Source: Prorocentrum cordatum
Taxonomy: Eukaryota
Assembly: GCA_963575745.1 (NCBI GenBank)
Contig: CAUYUJ010000231.1
Coordinates: 1-64,000, forward strand
Reading direction: 5' to 3'
DNA: 64,000 nt
Shown: positions 24,331 through 36,161 of the stretch, piece after piece
Layout: every line of letters starts with the position of its first letter
Numbering within the stretch: position 1 is the first letter of the stretch
Notes under the pieces: generated by a model
The model's input: only the letters and a program-made list of their open reading frames with translations
Databases searched by the model: none
What the model was told of the DNA's origin: nothing
Position numbers and translations under genes: made by a program

Positions 24331-25395
24331 TACGCTGTACATCGAAGCACTGATGGTCCGCGAGATAGGATCGGACAATACGGCCCTTCGGACAGTATTG
24401 GCCTTTATTGCCGGTCTGCCAGCGGGGAAACCCGCCATGACTTTCGGATATCTACCAGCGAAACAGGGCCGGCTGCAGATGACTGCTGCGAGCCGACTTT
24501 CGCCTAAGGTGCACTTGGCTCTTCAGTACCTCATACGCAACTATTTTCGTATTGAAAACGTTGTTGCTGTACGACTTGCCAAGAGCCTGACGAAGTTGCC
24601 TGCTGCCCCCTATGCAGACAGCTGTACACTAGTGCACTATGATAACGATGTGACCCCTGGCTTTCCATATTTTGAAGCTGATGACACTGCCTTGAACATC
24701 TACGACATCACAGGATCCACACACTCACGCATCATCCAGTGTCTTGAATCCAAGAAGCCGCCTGCTGGATTCGACCGAGACCTCACTAAGTTTGAGGAAC
24801 TCGCTGATGGTCCACCACCAAGCGAGTCACCGCCAGCAGCTGCTCCTGAGCAGCCTCCTGCGGAGAATGATGGTCGGCTCCCGACCATCATAGAGGAAAC
24901 AGAAGAAGATCTGGATGCCTTTGTCTTAAAGTCGTGGTATGCTGAACTGATGGATGACAGAACACTCCTTGAAGCTGACACAGAAGAAGTCATGCATACA
25001 GTTCCGACATACATGACAGACACACAGTGTGTGTTAGTCTCTACGACCTGTGAAGATGTGCAAGGCCACTTGCCGGAGCGGGGTCACCCGCCAGGATACG
25101 ACATGGACACTGCTTACTACGTTCCTTTGTGCTCCACGGATCCGGACAGCAAATATGATCTGGATTCCGATGAGCACGGGAAGTACATCGAGCTTTGCTT
25201 CACAGCAGACATGTCCAAAGTCGTCCTGTCCGAGCAGCAACACCGATTGTTGGATGACAGCAGCGTCACAACTATGCGAGTATACGTTAGTGATGCCTCC
25301 AAACGTGCCGTGGTCGTCAAGGAAGACGATCTACTCACGAAGGCCGACATTCAAGCGAATCCGGTCAAAGTTTCCAAGGCCCTTTCTACACAGAA

Positions 25396-27102
25396 TTGAA
25401 GACTTGGCTTGACAACAAATGCTTCCAGATGACTGGCTTGAGCAAAGCGTCGAACATCATGACTTCGCGCTACGTATACAAATGGAAGTTTGTCAAGAAC
25501 GAAAAGGGCGAAATGGAAAGGACGATTAGGTTACGCTTGGTACTCCGTGGCTTCATGGACCTTGAAGCCTTTGATGTCGAAACCTTCTCTGGCACGGCAA
25601 GGAGGTCAAGCCAGAGACTGCTCGCAAGTTCTGCTGCATGCAACAAAGCTTGGATCATCGCTTCCCTGGACATCAACATGGCTTTCTTGAAGGGACTGAC
25701 CTATAGCGAGCTCGCCGCGGCAACGGGCGAGAAAGAGCGTGTGGTGTGCTTCACACTACCTCCTGGGTCAGCAGCTGTCCTTCGCACACTGCCAGGCTTT
25801 GAGTCATATGACGAATCAAAGCACTGTCTTCGGTGTCTGAAGCCGGGGGCGGGCACGAAGGATGCTCCCAGGGCATTCTCGTTGAAGCTCAGGTCCATCA
25901 CTAGGAGCTTTGGACTACAGCCTACTTCGTACGAGGAAGAGTTCGAGATGAGCCCAAACCTCTTGACAGCCAAACACGTTGATGACATCAATATGACTGG
26001 GAAGGAAGATGCTATTGACAAGTATGTCAAGTGTGTTGAAGATACGTTTGGAAAGTGCAAACTGAACAAGCACACATACACAAACTGTGCCGTTCGGTAC
26101 AACAAGACCGATGATGGGAGCGTCACTCTTGATCAGGACGAATACATCAAACAGCTTCGTCCTATCACACATCCAGAACTCACAGGAGCTGATCCTGAGA
26201 GCAAAGCGACAAAGACGATTTCTGATATGTTCGTCAGTCTTCGTGGCGCTCTAGCCTATGCGTTGATCACGCAGGTATGGCTGATGGTCTATGTTGTCTC
26301 ACTACAACGTATCCAGGAACCGACAAACATCCAGGTACGACGACTAAACGCGGTTACCAGGAAACTGCAGGCAGGTCCGAAGAAGATCGTGTATCAAGCT
26401 ATGACCCCAACAGGAGAAGTCGACCTGCATAGCGATTCTGGCTATCGTCGTCTCAACGGAGATGAAGACGACGAAGTCAAAGGCTATGGTATCCGCGGGG
26501 CTAACCTGCTGAGGCGTGGCCACACGCAAGCGGGGAAACCCGTCGTGCACCTGGTGGACGCATACTGCAAGTCTCATCGACTGCAGGTGCGTTCGAGCTA
26601 CTCTGCGGAAACACTGGCAGCAGCCCACAACTTGGAAGACTGCTACCCGACCATTGTAACGCTCCACGAGCTACACTCGGGACCATTGACCCCCACACAG
26701 TTAAAGAACATATTGGAAATGGGTGGTCTATGTATCAAAGTCACTCTGACTATTGATGCCGAGTCTGTCTTCAAGTCTTTGTCTAGCAAAGATCTGAAGA
26801 AGCCCACAGAATGTACTCTGCTTGGGCACATTAGCTGGATCCGCCAGATGATGGAGCGCGGAATCGTTGAAAGCGTTCAATGGTGTGACACGCGGGATAT
26901 GACTGCCGATGGTCATACCAAAGGTAGTATTGACCGCGCGTTGCTCCTACAAGTAATGGCCGGCCAGCAATCCTTCAAGCACGAGCTGAAGAAACATACT
27001 CCGTATAGGGCGGGCAGGTCGTCTCAGGACGGCCCTGCCTCCCGAGCTAGCGGGGAAACCCGCGTGCAGGTGCGCTTTAGTAGCGAGGAAACTCGCCGGT
27101 AG
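25396..27102 (+). CDS. Copia-type reverse transcriptase + RNase H
   Basis: RT motifs SRYVYKWK, RLRLVLRGF, LDINMAFLKG, GTKDAPRAF, KHVDD. RNase H motifs HSDS, SSYSAETLA, TIDAES, MTADGHTKG. Confidence 0.95.
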   Translation: MKTWLDNKCFQMTGLSKASNIMTSRYVYKWKFVKNEKGEMERTIRLRLVLRGFMDLEAFDVETFSGTARRSSQRLLASSAACNKAWIIASLDINMAFLKGLTYSELAAATGEKERVVCFTLPPGSAAVLRTLPGFESYDESKHCLRCLKPGAGTKDAPRAFSLKLRSITRSFGLQPTSYEEEFEMSPNLLTAKHVDDINMTGKEDAIDKYVKCVEDTFGKCKLNKHTYTNCAVRYNKTDDGSVTLDQDEYIKQLRPITHPELTGADPESKATKTISDMFVSLRGALAYALITQVWLMVYVVSLQRIQEPTNIQVRRLNAVTRKLQAGPKKIVYQAMTPTGEVDLHSDSGYRRLNGDEDDEVKGYGIRGANLLRRGHTQAGKPVVHLVDAYCKSHRLQVRSSYSAETLAAAHNLEDCYPTIVTLHELHSGPLTPTQLKNILEMGGLCIKVTLTIDAESVFKSLSSKDLKKPTECTLLGHISWIRQMMERGIVESVQWCDTRDMTADGHTKGSIDRALLLQVMAGQQSFKHELKKHTPYRAGRSSQDGPASRASGETRVQVRFSSEETRR

Positions 27103-27206
27103 CGAGGTTACTCGCGCGCCCTTACCTTGTAGGCAGCCGCTGTTGCCTAGCACTGTTTTTCCGTGTAATGTAGAAGCGCGGTGCCTGCTCGTCTCCTCCC
27201 CCTCCG

Positions 27207-27489
27207 ACTTTAAACGGAGAAGGTTAAAGGCGAGGTATATATCGAGCATGCACCGCTGCCGTGCCTGGCTCAAGCCGGGCCCGGCCAAATATGTGACTGT
27301 GCCTCACCGAGGCGCACGACTTGTATCTGAGATCGGAAAATACCTTTTCCATTGAAGATGCCCCTTCTATCCTTTACTCCAGATCCCATGCTTCGTCTCG
27401 CTCTCTTGCTCATGCGATATGAGCCAAAGCCTGGGATATGGGAACGCTTGAAGCGTAACACATACCTAAGCTTACCAGTGCGTTTTCGA
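27207..27489 (+). repeat. 3' LTR (283 bp)
   Basis: Near-identical direct copy of 11094-11375, followed immediately by CTGGGCC. Confidence 0.95.
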
Positions 27490-27496
27490 CTGGGCC
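27490..27496 (+). repeat. Right target-site duplication CTGGGCC
   Basis: Directly abuts the 3' LTR. The flanks on both sides belong to the same GGGCCTCTTG-type repeat. Confidence 0.85.
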
Positions 27497-30159
27497 ACCC
27501 TGGAGCCCTGTTGGAGGTTTCTTGGGCCGTTTTGTGGCTATGTTGGATACCTCGGGGGTGGTCTTGGGGCGCTTGAAGTCAGAGAGGGCGAGAACGTTAG
27601 CACTTCCTAAACGTTTCACGTAACCCCACCAGCCCATCCAGAAACCGATGCCCAAAGAAGTTGGCAGTGTTGCCAATCCAGAAAACGATGCTCAGATGAG
27701 TTGGCAGTGTTGCCATGATCAGTGCTATGGAGGAGCATGCCGTGCAATAACGGGCTAGGTCAGACGTCATGCCTCAAGAGGAGGAGGATGGAGGAGGATT
27801 CCGAGGAGGAAAAAAGGAGGAGGAGGAGGAGAAGGAGGAGGCGGAGAAGGAGGAGAAGGAGGAATGCGAGAGGGAGGAAGGGGGAGGAATGAGGAGGAAT
27901 AGGAGGATGAGCAAGAGGAGGAGGATGAGGAGGACGAGCAGAAAGGCCAGAGTCCTCTTGGATGCCTGTCAGATTCTCTTCGGCCGCCCCGGGGGCGTCT
28001 CGGGTACTTCTCGGGGACCTCTTGGGGTTCTTTTGGGAGCCTCTTGGGGGCATCTTTGGAGCCTTTTTGGGGCCTCTTGGTGCCTCCTGGGAACCTCCTG
28101 GGGCCGTTTTGGGGCACCCATTGGGGGCTTTCGGGGGCAATCTTGGGGCAATCTTGGAGGAAATCGATCAAAGTAGGGGCCGTCGTAAATTAGCGTCGGC
28201 CTCCCAGTGATGTTGGCCTTCTCGCCGAGGCCGTTTTGGACGCTCTAACCCCGCGCCCCAACCCCCTCCAGACCCAGGGGTTGGGGGTAGGGGGAGGGAT
28301 CACGACGCTCTCCCCGCCCGCAAGTTGTCTCGCTCACTCCCACTCGCTCTCCCAACACATACGTAGCACAAGGGCCCTCAGCATGTTCAGCGGTCGTATA
28401 TGGATGGGCAGTTGTCCAACATGTTCAGCAGTCGTACGTGGAGGTGCGCGACGTCGCGAGGTGCGCCACGCGTGCCAGGCGCTCCAGGTGTGCCAGGCGC
28501 CCCTGGGGCCCAAGCGGTGCTCCACGTGCGCCATGTGTGCCGCATGGTCCAGCCACGCCAGGTGCGCCACGTCCAGGGCACGCGCAGAGTGTGCCAGGTG
28601 CGCCCGCGCACGTGACAGCGCACATCGGAAACCATGTCGGCCTCCACCATCCCTGTCGAAAATCAGTGCACAGTCGCGGCGGGGAGGCCATGGTGTCTGG
28701 TGGACCTGCACACAGCAGGCAATGTGCCAGCACCCCCGTCGTCCTCATCAAACACCCATGGACAGTGATCGCGGGGTGGCCGCGCACGATCTAGATCTAG
28801 CTGCGAAGTGTACGTTGTACTGTTTTGTTTGGCAGGGATGAGGCAGTATGAGGACACAGCCGCTGTCAAGTGCTCGCGGGGCCCACGAGCATGACCCGAC
28901 ATTTTGCCCCCAAATGTGTTTCGTTTTGTTCTTTGACAGTGATGGCGGTCGGGGTCGCATTGGTCCTGGTTGGCTGCTGGTCGCCTGGGGGAGGGGGTGT
29001 TTGTTACGAGGGAACAGCGATAAACCCCTCCCCAAAGGGGATAAAGGGGGGGCGGAAGAGGAAACGCCCTAAACCATTCACGCCCAGGAGTCCCTCGAGC
29101 CGTCTCGAGGGCCTCTTGGGCCGGGTTGAGGCCATTTTGAGCCGCGTTGGAGTTATATTAGGTCATTTTGACAACCTCCAGAGCCGTCTCGAGGCTCTCT
29201 TCGATCTTCAGGAAACCCAAGAAGCCCAAATCATGGAATGTCCGATGGGTTGTTATACATTCAGGAACCCCAGAGGGCCTGCCATCCGAAGGTCGGTGGA
29301 TGTGGCTTGGATTCAGTGGGGGGTGGGAGGGGGTGTTAGAACATGATTGAAACTTTACAAACATCATTTGATGTGCATCTTGATGTATGATTGGGCGCAT
29401 GGATATGTTGCATCGGGGGCCTTCCCGACCTGCCTCTGGCAGCCGTCCCTTCTGTACGTGGATCTGGAGCCTACGCACCAGATCCACGGATCCCTACTCC
29501 ATTCGAGGCGGCATGACTTCTGAGAAGCTTTTGCACCTTCTGAGAGGTTTTCTGTGTCTTCGGGGAAGGCTTCGAGAACTTCTCGGAAGGCCAGGGAACT
29601 TCGGAGCCTAGCCTTCTGAGAAGGCCTACCCCTTCTCACTTCCCCCCGGGGCGCGCCGCCTATCCATGCTAGCGTGGACCCGATCTTTGGCCCGATTGTT
29701 TGGGTTTCGGCCTGTCCCTGCTGGCGCGCTGAACCCCGCGCGCGGGAAGCGACGCGGCGGAGATCCGGCGCGGGCATGCAAGCTTGAGCGCGGCCCAGGA
29801 TCGCCATGGGGAAGCGGGTCCTCAGGGAACTGGGTTCTGAGTTACGATGTTCCCACCTACTTTAGCCTTGATTACCAGAAAGAACTTCGAGCACCAAGAA
29901 AGTACCGAAACTGGAGGGTTTTCACGTGTCGGGCCCTGCCAGGCGATACTCGTTCGACACTGTTTCGATAATTACGTTTTTGGGTGCTCGGAATTATTCA
30001 ATCGCTTCGCTCATTCCGCCAGCCCATATTCCCTCGCCGCGGTCGTTTGTCGGGGTGTTGTTGTCAATGCGGTGCGGTTGGGCGGCTGCCATTTTTCGGA
30101 AGCGGCGGGTGGCGGGTCAGAGGCCTCACGGATGTTGGTTGGGCTATCGTGGTTGGCCT

Positions 30160-31758
30160 CTCAAGGGCCTTTGGGAGGCAGTTTTGAAGCCTTTTGCGGG
30201 CCGTGTTGGGGCCTCTTGGGGCCTCTTGGGGGCCTCCAAGGGGCCTCTTGGGGGCCTCTTGGGGCTTCTTGGGGCGCCTGATGGGGGCCCCTTGGGGCCT
30301 CTTGGGGGCCTCTTGGGGCCGTTTTGGGGATCTCTTGGGCCGTCTTGGGCGGCTCTTGGGCTGTGTTGGGCACATCTTGGGCCGTCTTGGGGCCCACTTG
30401 GAGTCTTCGTGGGCCGTCTTGGGGCGGTCTTGGAAGCCTCATGGGCCGTCTTGGAGCGCCGGTAAGCCGAAAAGACGATAACCCCAAAAACAGTCAGAAA
30501 CTATTGTAAAATCACTCATGTCTGTCTCTGTGGGCCCTCTTGGGAGGTCTCTTGGAGGCCTCTTGGGGCGTCTTGAAGGCGCTTTGGGCTTTCTGGAGAC
30601 AATATTTTGCGTCTTCGATCGCTCTGGGACCGTCTCGGACCATGTTGAGCTCTCTTGGAGGCTACTTGAAGCGCTCCTGGAGCGCTTTTGGGAGCCTGCT
30701 GGGACCTGGCCGGGACCTGCCAGGGCCCGGCCGGGATCCGGTCGGGGTTTGGCCGGGGGTTGACCGGGGGTTCGCCGGGATTTGCGGGGGACCTACAGGG
30801 GCGGCCCCGCGCGCGCGAAGTAGAAATGTTGTTAACCAGTCATTGGAGATCTTAGCACGCCCTTGGGCCAGCGAATTTTTGGGAAGTGGTCTTTAAGTAC
30901 GATGGGAGCAACATATTATTCGGGGCCCTCCAGGGGTCTCGGGACTGTCAGGAACCGGCTCGGGATGAAGAGCCTCAGGCCCCGGGGTCCAGCACCCCTT
31001 GCCCTCAGGACCCGTTTCCCCCACGCTAAGAGGAGAGGTCAAGGCCAGACAGGGTGTTGATGGGGGGCGGGCAAAAAGGGGGTGATGACTGGGTGGGGTG
31101 GATATCATGGTGAGGCTAATTATGATATCCCCTCAGATTTCATGGCGCCTTGTCTTATTTCAATACGTCCCTGCCCGCCCCCTGGACCGCGCACATCCAT
31201 GATTTGCGCGCCCCCTCTTGGACGCCCCCCTCGTGGCCGCCCCCGAGCCATGGGACAGCCGGGTCCTGAGGGAACCAGGCCCTGGGGCTTTTCACCGCTC
31301 TCGGCCGCTTCGGGGCCCTCCTGGGGTCTCCCAGGACTGTCAGATACCGGCTCGGGAGGAAGAGCTTGCCCTGGGGGCAGGCCCCGGGGTCCAGCACCCG
31401 CTTCCCCCACGCTAAGAGGAGAAGCCAAGGCCAGACAGGGAGTCTATCACTAGGGAACAGTGAGCACCCCCTCCCCGATGGGGAAGAAGGAAGGGTTGGA
31501 AGAGGGAGCGCCCAAAACCACTCACGACCAGAGGACAGGTGGGAGTTGTATACAGCCGCTGGAGCATCGATGTGTGCTGCCTCTGGAGGCCCATGCTGGG
31601 GGTCCTCTGGGAGCCCTTTTGGGCCGTCTCCAGGGCTAGGTCGGGCATGTCCCCCTACAGGCTGATTCTGGAGGAAAAAACAAATAGTCAAATAATATTC
31701 AAAAATGATATATAAGCGGCGTCCGGGGCCCCGCGGCCCAGGGTCGCACGCTTTCCCC

Positions 31759-31808
<50 letters not shown>

Positions 31809-33130
31809 TAACCGAATTTGCCCCCTGAGCTGCGGGGGCCTTTTTTGGCATCCAGGGGCATGTTTTCGGAGTCCCAGAACTTTTGTCCGCTTCCCCGAGC
31901 CGTCCACCTAGGCTTCTGGAGACGGCAAGAAGCCGCCAAGACGGCCCAAGAGCGCTCCAAGCCGCCCAAAATGGCCCCATGATCGGCCCAAGAGGCCCCC
32001 AAGATGCCCCAAGGTCGCTCCGCGAGGATCTCCAAGAGATCCCCAAGACGCCAAAATCATGAATTTTCATTGTGTGTTTCCAATATTTGTTGCTTCTCAC
32101 CTTTTCGAGCGGCCGCCACTCCAAGACTGCCCAAGAAGTCTCCAACGTCGCCGAGAGAGGCCCCCAAGAGGCCCCCAAGACAGCCCAAGAGGGCCACATG
32201 ATCGACCCAAGAGGCCGCCAAGACGGCCCAAGAGGGCCTGAAGAGGGCCTGAAGACGGCTAAAAGATGGGCCCAAGATAGGGAACGCGAACCGTTCTTTT
32301 GAGTTTCCCGCCCCCAGAGACCCCCAGGAGGCCCCAAGAGGCCCCCAAGTGGCTCCAAGAGGCTCCAAAGAGGCCCCAAAGATGCTTAAGAGAGGTCCGA
32401 CAAGCTGCACAACGAGCGGCCGACACTTCAAGACTGCCCAAGAAGCCTCCAACGTGGCCCCAAGAGACCCCCAAGAGCCCCCCAAGAGGCCCCCAAGACA
32501 GCCCAAGAGGGCCACATGATCGGCCCAAGAGGCCGCCAAGACGGCCCAAGAGGGCCTGAAGAGGGCCTGAAGACGGCTAAAAGATGGGCCCAAGAGAGGG
32601 AATGCGAACCGCTCTTTCGAGTTTCCCACCCCCAGAGACCCCCATGGGAGGCCCCAAGAGGCCCCCAAGTGGCTCCAAGAGGCTCCAAAGAGGCCCCAAA
32701 GATGCTTAAGAGAGGTCCGACAAGCTCCACACCGCCCCCGTGGAGGCTTCAAACCTGCTTCTAAAAGGCCCCCCGAGAGGCATCCCACGAGATCATCCCA
32801 GCGAACATCCGAGAAGCCTCTAACCCACAACCCAGACACGGTTGCGGGATGGGCCCAGAATTGCGACCTTTGGTTCGCATGGGGGGTTGGGGGGGCCTTG
32901 AGGGCTCTAAGAGGGTTCAGAAGGGGCCCCGGACCCCTCCACAGGCTCCCAAGCTGGCCCAAGATATTCCCAGGAGGCTCCAGAGAGCCCCCCAAATGCC
33001 CGAACAGAGGCGCTCTCTGCCCCAACAGGCCCCCAGGAGGCCCCAAGAGACTCCCAGGAGGCCTCCATGACGCCCCAAAAAGCTACCAAAAAGGCACCAG
33101 AAAGACCCGAGAAGCTCCCGAGAACCCCCC
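30160..33130. repeat. Degenerate ~11-bp-period satellite (GGGGCCTCTTG on +, 30160-30700; CAAGAGGCCCC, 31900-33130)
   Basis: The unit is repeated in both orientations. It also occurs at 10790-11093, 27490-28160, 40580-41190, 41460-41700, 43860-44075 and 60400-60470. There is a ~310-bp internal duplication (about 32115-32400 vs 32430-32720). Confidence 0.85.
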
Positions 33131-34177
33131 ACCGAGCTCGCAGGAGGGCCTCCACACAGACCCTCAGAAAGAAGCCCGCCAGAAGCCCTTCGTCCTCCAT
33201 GCTCCGGAACAGCCCTTCGGAACACGTGGCCCTGGCTGCACCCCCCGACCCGCCCACCCAATGTCGAGGCCCGAGGACGCCCCCATGACGCCCGCAAGAC
33301 GCTCCAGAAACGCACACGTGGATCAGGTGACAATGATGCTGATCGTCGGTGGTCCGTCGTCGTCGTCGTCGGTCGTCGCTGGTATGCTGCAGGCCAAACC
33401 CTTCCTTGAACTTCGCAGTATCCGCCCGAAAATCACGCATGGGTGAAAGGGAGGAACCCGGCAGACCACATGGAGAAGGTCCCATGGAAATTGACACCGT
33501 CTTCGGAGTCGACTAGAACCTAAGCGCGCGCGAAGCGCGCGCTTGGTTCTACTGAAAAAATAGTCGACACATCGCCCCCTGACTATTTTTGAACTATTTT
33601 TTGATCTTCCTGAAGAGGGGCACGCTCGATGTAACTCCAGGGCCAGTGGCAGGGGAGATCGGCGCAAGTCCCTCGATCTGCGCTCTCCCGTGGATCGGCG
33701 GCGCGCGCCGAGGGGGGTCAGTATGTTGTTTAACCGATCCCTATCCCCGTCCCCATACACATCTCCATACACATCTCGACCCCCACCCCCATACACATCT
33801 CCATACCCATCCCCATACACATCTCCATCCCCATACACATCTCCGGGTACCTATCCCTATCCCCATCCCCATTCTCATCTCCATACCCATCCTTTATCCC
33901 CATCCCCATACACATCTTGAGCCCCACCGTCTCACCACCCTCAATGGGAGATGTTATCCCCTCGACGCCCGAAGAAAGCAGCCTATAGCTGCCCATTAGG
34001 GGGGCAGATCGGCCGGTGGGGCCCAGCCCTCGCTGGTGGGGATGGGGATCCGTTGAACGATGCTCGGGGGGGGGGGGCTCGGAGGGGGCCCGGCTCGCCC
34101 TGCCGACACGTCTCTGGGAGCGGCCTTCGGGGGAGTGACCTGTGAAGAAGCAGGATGGAGGGGAGGGGGAGGGGGAC

Positions 34178-34483
34178 AAGGAGGAGGAGGAGGAGGAGGA
34201 GGAGGAAGAGGAGGAAGAGGACGAGGAGGAGGATGAGGAGGAGGAAGAGAAGAAGGAGTGAGGGAGGAGGAGGAGTGGGAGAAGGATGATGATGATGATG
34301 ATATGATGATGATGATGATGATGGATGATGATGATGATGTGATCATGATCATGATAATGATCATGATAGATCATGATCATGATCATCATGATCATCATGA
34401 TCCTCATGATCATCATGATCATGATGATGATGGTGATGGTGGTGATGATGATGATGATGTGATGATGATGATGATGATGATGA

Positions 34484-34575
<92 letters not shown>

Positions 34576-34860
34576 CGATAGTGACGAGGAGGACGGAGGA
34601 GGAGGAGGAGGAGGAGAGGAGGAGGGTTGGAGAGGAGGACGGGAGGGAGAGGGAGGAGAGGAGAGGGAGGAGGAGGGAGGAGGGAGGGGAGAGAAGAGGG
34701 AGAAGAGGAGAGAAGAAGAAGAGAGAGGGGGAAGAGGGAGAGAGGGAGAAGAGGAGGAGGAGGAGGAGGAGGAGGAGAGGAGGAGGAGGAGGAGGAGGAG
34801 GAGGAGGAGAGGAGGAGGAGGAGGAGGGGTGGAGGAGGGGGAGGAGGACGGGGGGACTCT
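34178..34860. repeat. Compound microsatellite (GGA)n-(GAT)n-(GGA)n
   Basis: Directly visible. Other (GGA/TCC)n tracts at ~2390-2570, 6975-7390, 10225-10515, 38940-39560, 46940-47140, 49530-49910, 54370-54480 and 61440-62020. Confidence 0.95.
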
Positions 34861-35792
34861 GGCCCTGGGAGGGGAGGAGGGGGGGGGGGGGGCGGGGGCG
34901 AGCCCTGCGAGAGGGCGGCGGTGGCCCTCCTCGCAGGGCCTGCGGGGGTGCCTCGTGAGGCCCCCCCCATGGCCTCCGGAGAGGCCGGCGGCACGGCCTC
35001 TCGAGGCGCGGGGCTCGCTTCGACTCCTCCGATTCGATCCGATTCCGATGGTTCGATCCGACTCCGATCCGATGGGCTCTCCTGCGACTTCTCCGCGCGT
35101 GGCGCAGGCAACAAGAGCAGGAAGAACTTCGGAGGAGGCGGGGGGGAGTTTCTCAGAAGACCTCGGGCCCTATGAGCCTTCTGGGGCGGCCCGCCCCCAC
35201 TGCTGGGCCTGTTTTCCACCACCACCACAAGTTGGAGGGGGGAACGAGGTGGAGGAGGAGGAAGCGGAGGAGGAGGAGGAGGAGGAGGAGGAGGAGGAGC
35301 CCCTCCCCTTCCTACTTTTGGTGGCGGCCGCGGAAAACGAGCCCTCCAGAGAAGGCGGGGGGGAGCTCCTCGGAAGACCTCGGGCCCTCCGGGCCTGCTG
35401 GGACGGCCCGCCCCCGCTGGGGCTGGAGGGTTTCTCCGAAGGGCTTAGGCGACCCGTTCTCCTCCTCCTCCTCCTCCTCCTCCTCCTCCTCTTCCTCCTC
35501 CTCCCCATCCACCCTCTCCCACATACGGCAGCGGTGGTGGAAAATGGGCCCATCAGTGTTCGGTGTGAGCATGTCCTTCCGAAGTGAGGTTTGGCCTCGA
35601 AGCGCGCGCGCAGAGCTTTCGGCTCGAAGAGCAGAACACGGCGCAGACATAGGCCGTCGGAGGTCCTCGCGGGCTTCTCGGATCGCTGGGCCCCTCCCGG
35701 CGGCGCCTCCAGCGCCGCGCGGGGGGTCCAGCGCCGATGCAAGGAGTCCGCGCGGATTTCCGAACACCTATATGTATATATATATATGCTTA

Positions 35793-35825
<33 letters not shown>

Positions 35826-35830
35826 GTGTT

Positions 35831-35984
35831 TAAGTCGGGCCTGTCCCTACAGGGGGAATATTCAAAAATGGTCAACAATAGTCAGGGGATATTGATTGAT
35901 TATTTTTTGACCATTCTGGAGTATTTTTGTTTTTTTCATTTTTGGTCGAAAGTCCCCCTGTAGGGGGGGGGCACGCCCGACTTA
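35831..35984. mobile_element. MITE-like family 1 copy
   Basis: TAAGTCGGGCCTGTCCCTACAGGGG...CCCCTGTAGGGGGGGGCACGCCCGACTTA. Confidence 0.78.
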
Positions 35985-36161
35985 GATATATGTGCATGCA
36001 GTTTCAGTGGTGAGGAATCAGGCGCCGAAGCCGCGCACGCAGAGCTTCTGGTCGAGGCTGCGACTGGCTTGACACGAGCCCGCTGCCACGTCGCGCGGGC
36101 TGGCGCTCGCCTCGCGGGCGGCCCCCCCCCTCTCCCCCGCGGCGCGAGGGGGCGGGGGGAG

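Larger units (their letters stand above)
20490..27102 (+). pseudogene. pol: Retrotransposon pol: two MTase-like domains, integrase, reverse transcriptase, RNase H; in frame with ORF1 across one TGA; four frameshifts
   Basis: The frame is open from 20490 through the 20691-23408 ORF. Frame changes near 23135, 23325, 23672 and 25385 join it to ORFs 23332-23700, 23549-25399 and 25396-27102. Confidence 0.88.
11094..27489 (+). mobile_element. Giant Ty1/copia-type LTR retrotransposon (16.4 kb), near full-length, inserted in a host kinase intron
   Basis: Direct terminal repeats at 11094-11375 and 27207-27489, PBS after the 5' LTR, and duplicated target CTGGGCC. Domain order is Gag-PR-IN-RT-RNaseH; IN before RT is the copia arrangement. 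Confidence 0.96.

Noticed and set aside
27103..27206. Possible env-like gene after RNase H
   Set aside because: Only ~100 bp separate the pol stop from the 3' LTR.
31755..31807. ~50-nt poly-C run as a functional element
   Set aside because: It is a simple homopolymer, and its length is unreliable in assemblies.
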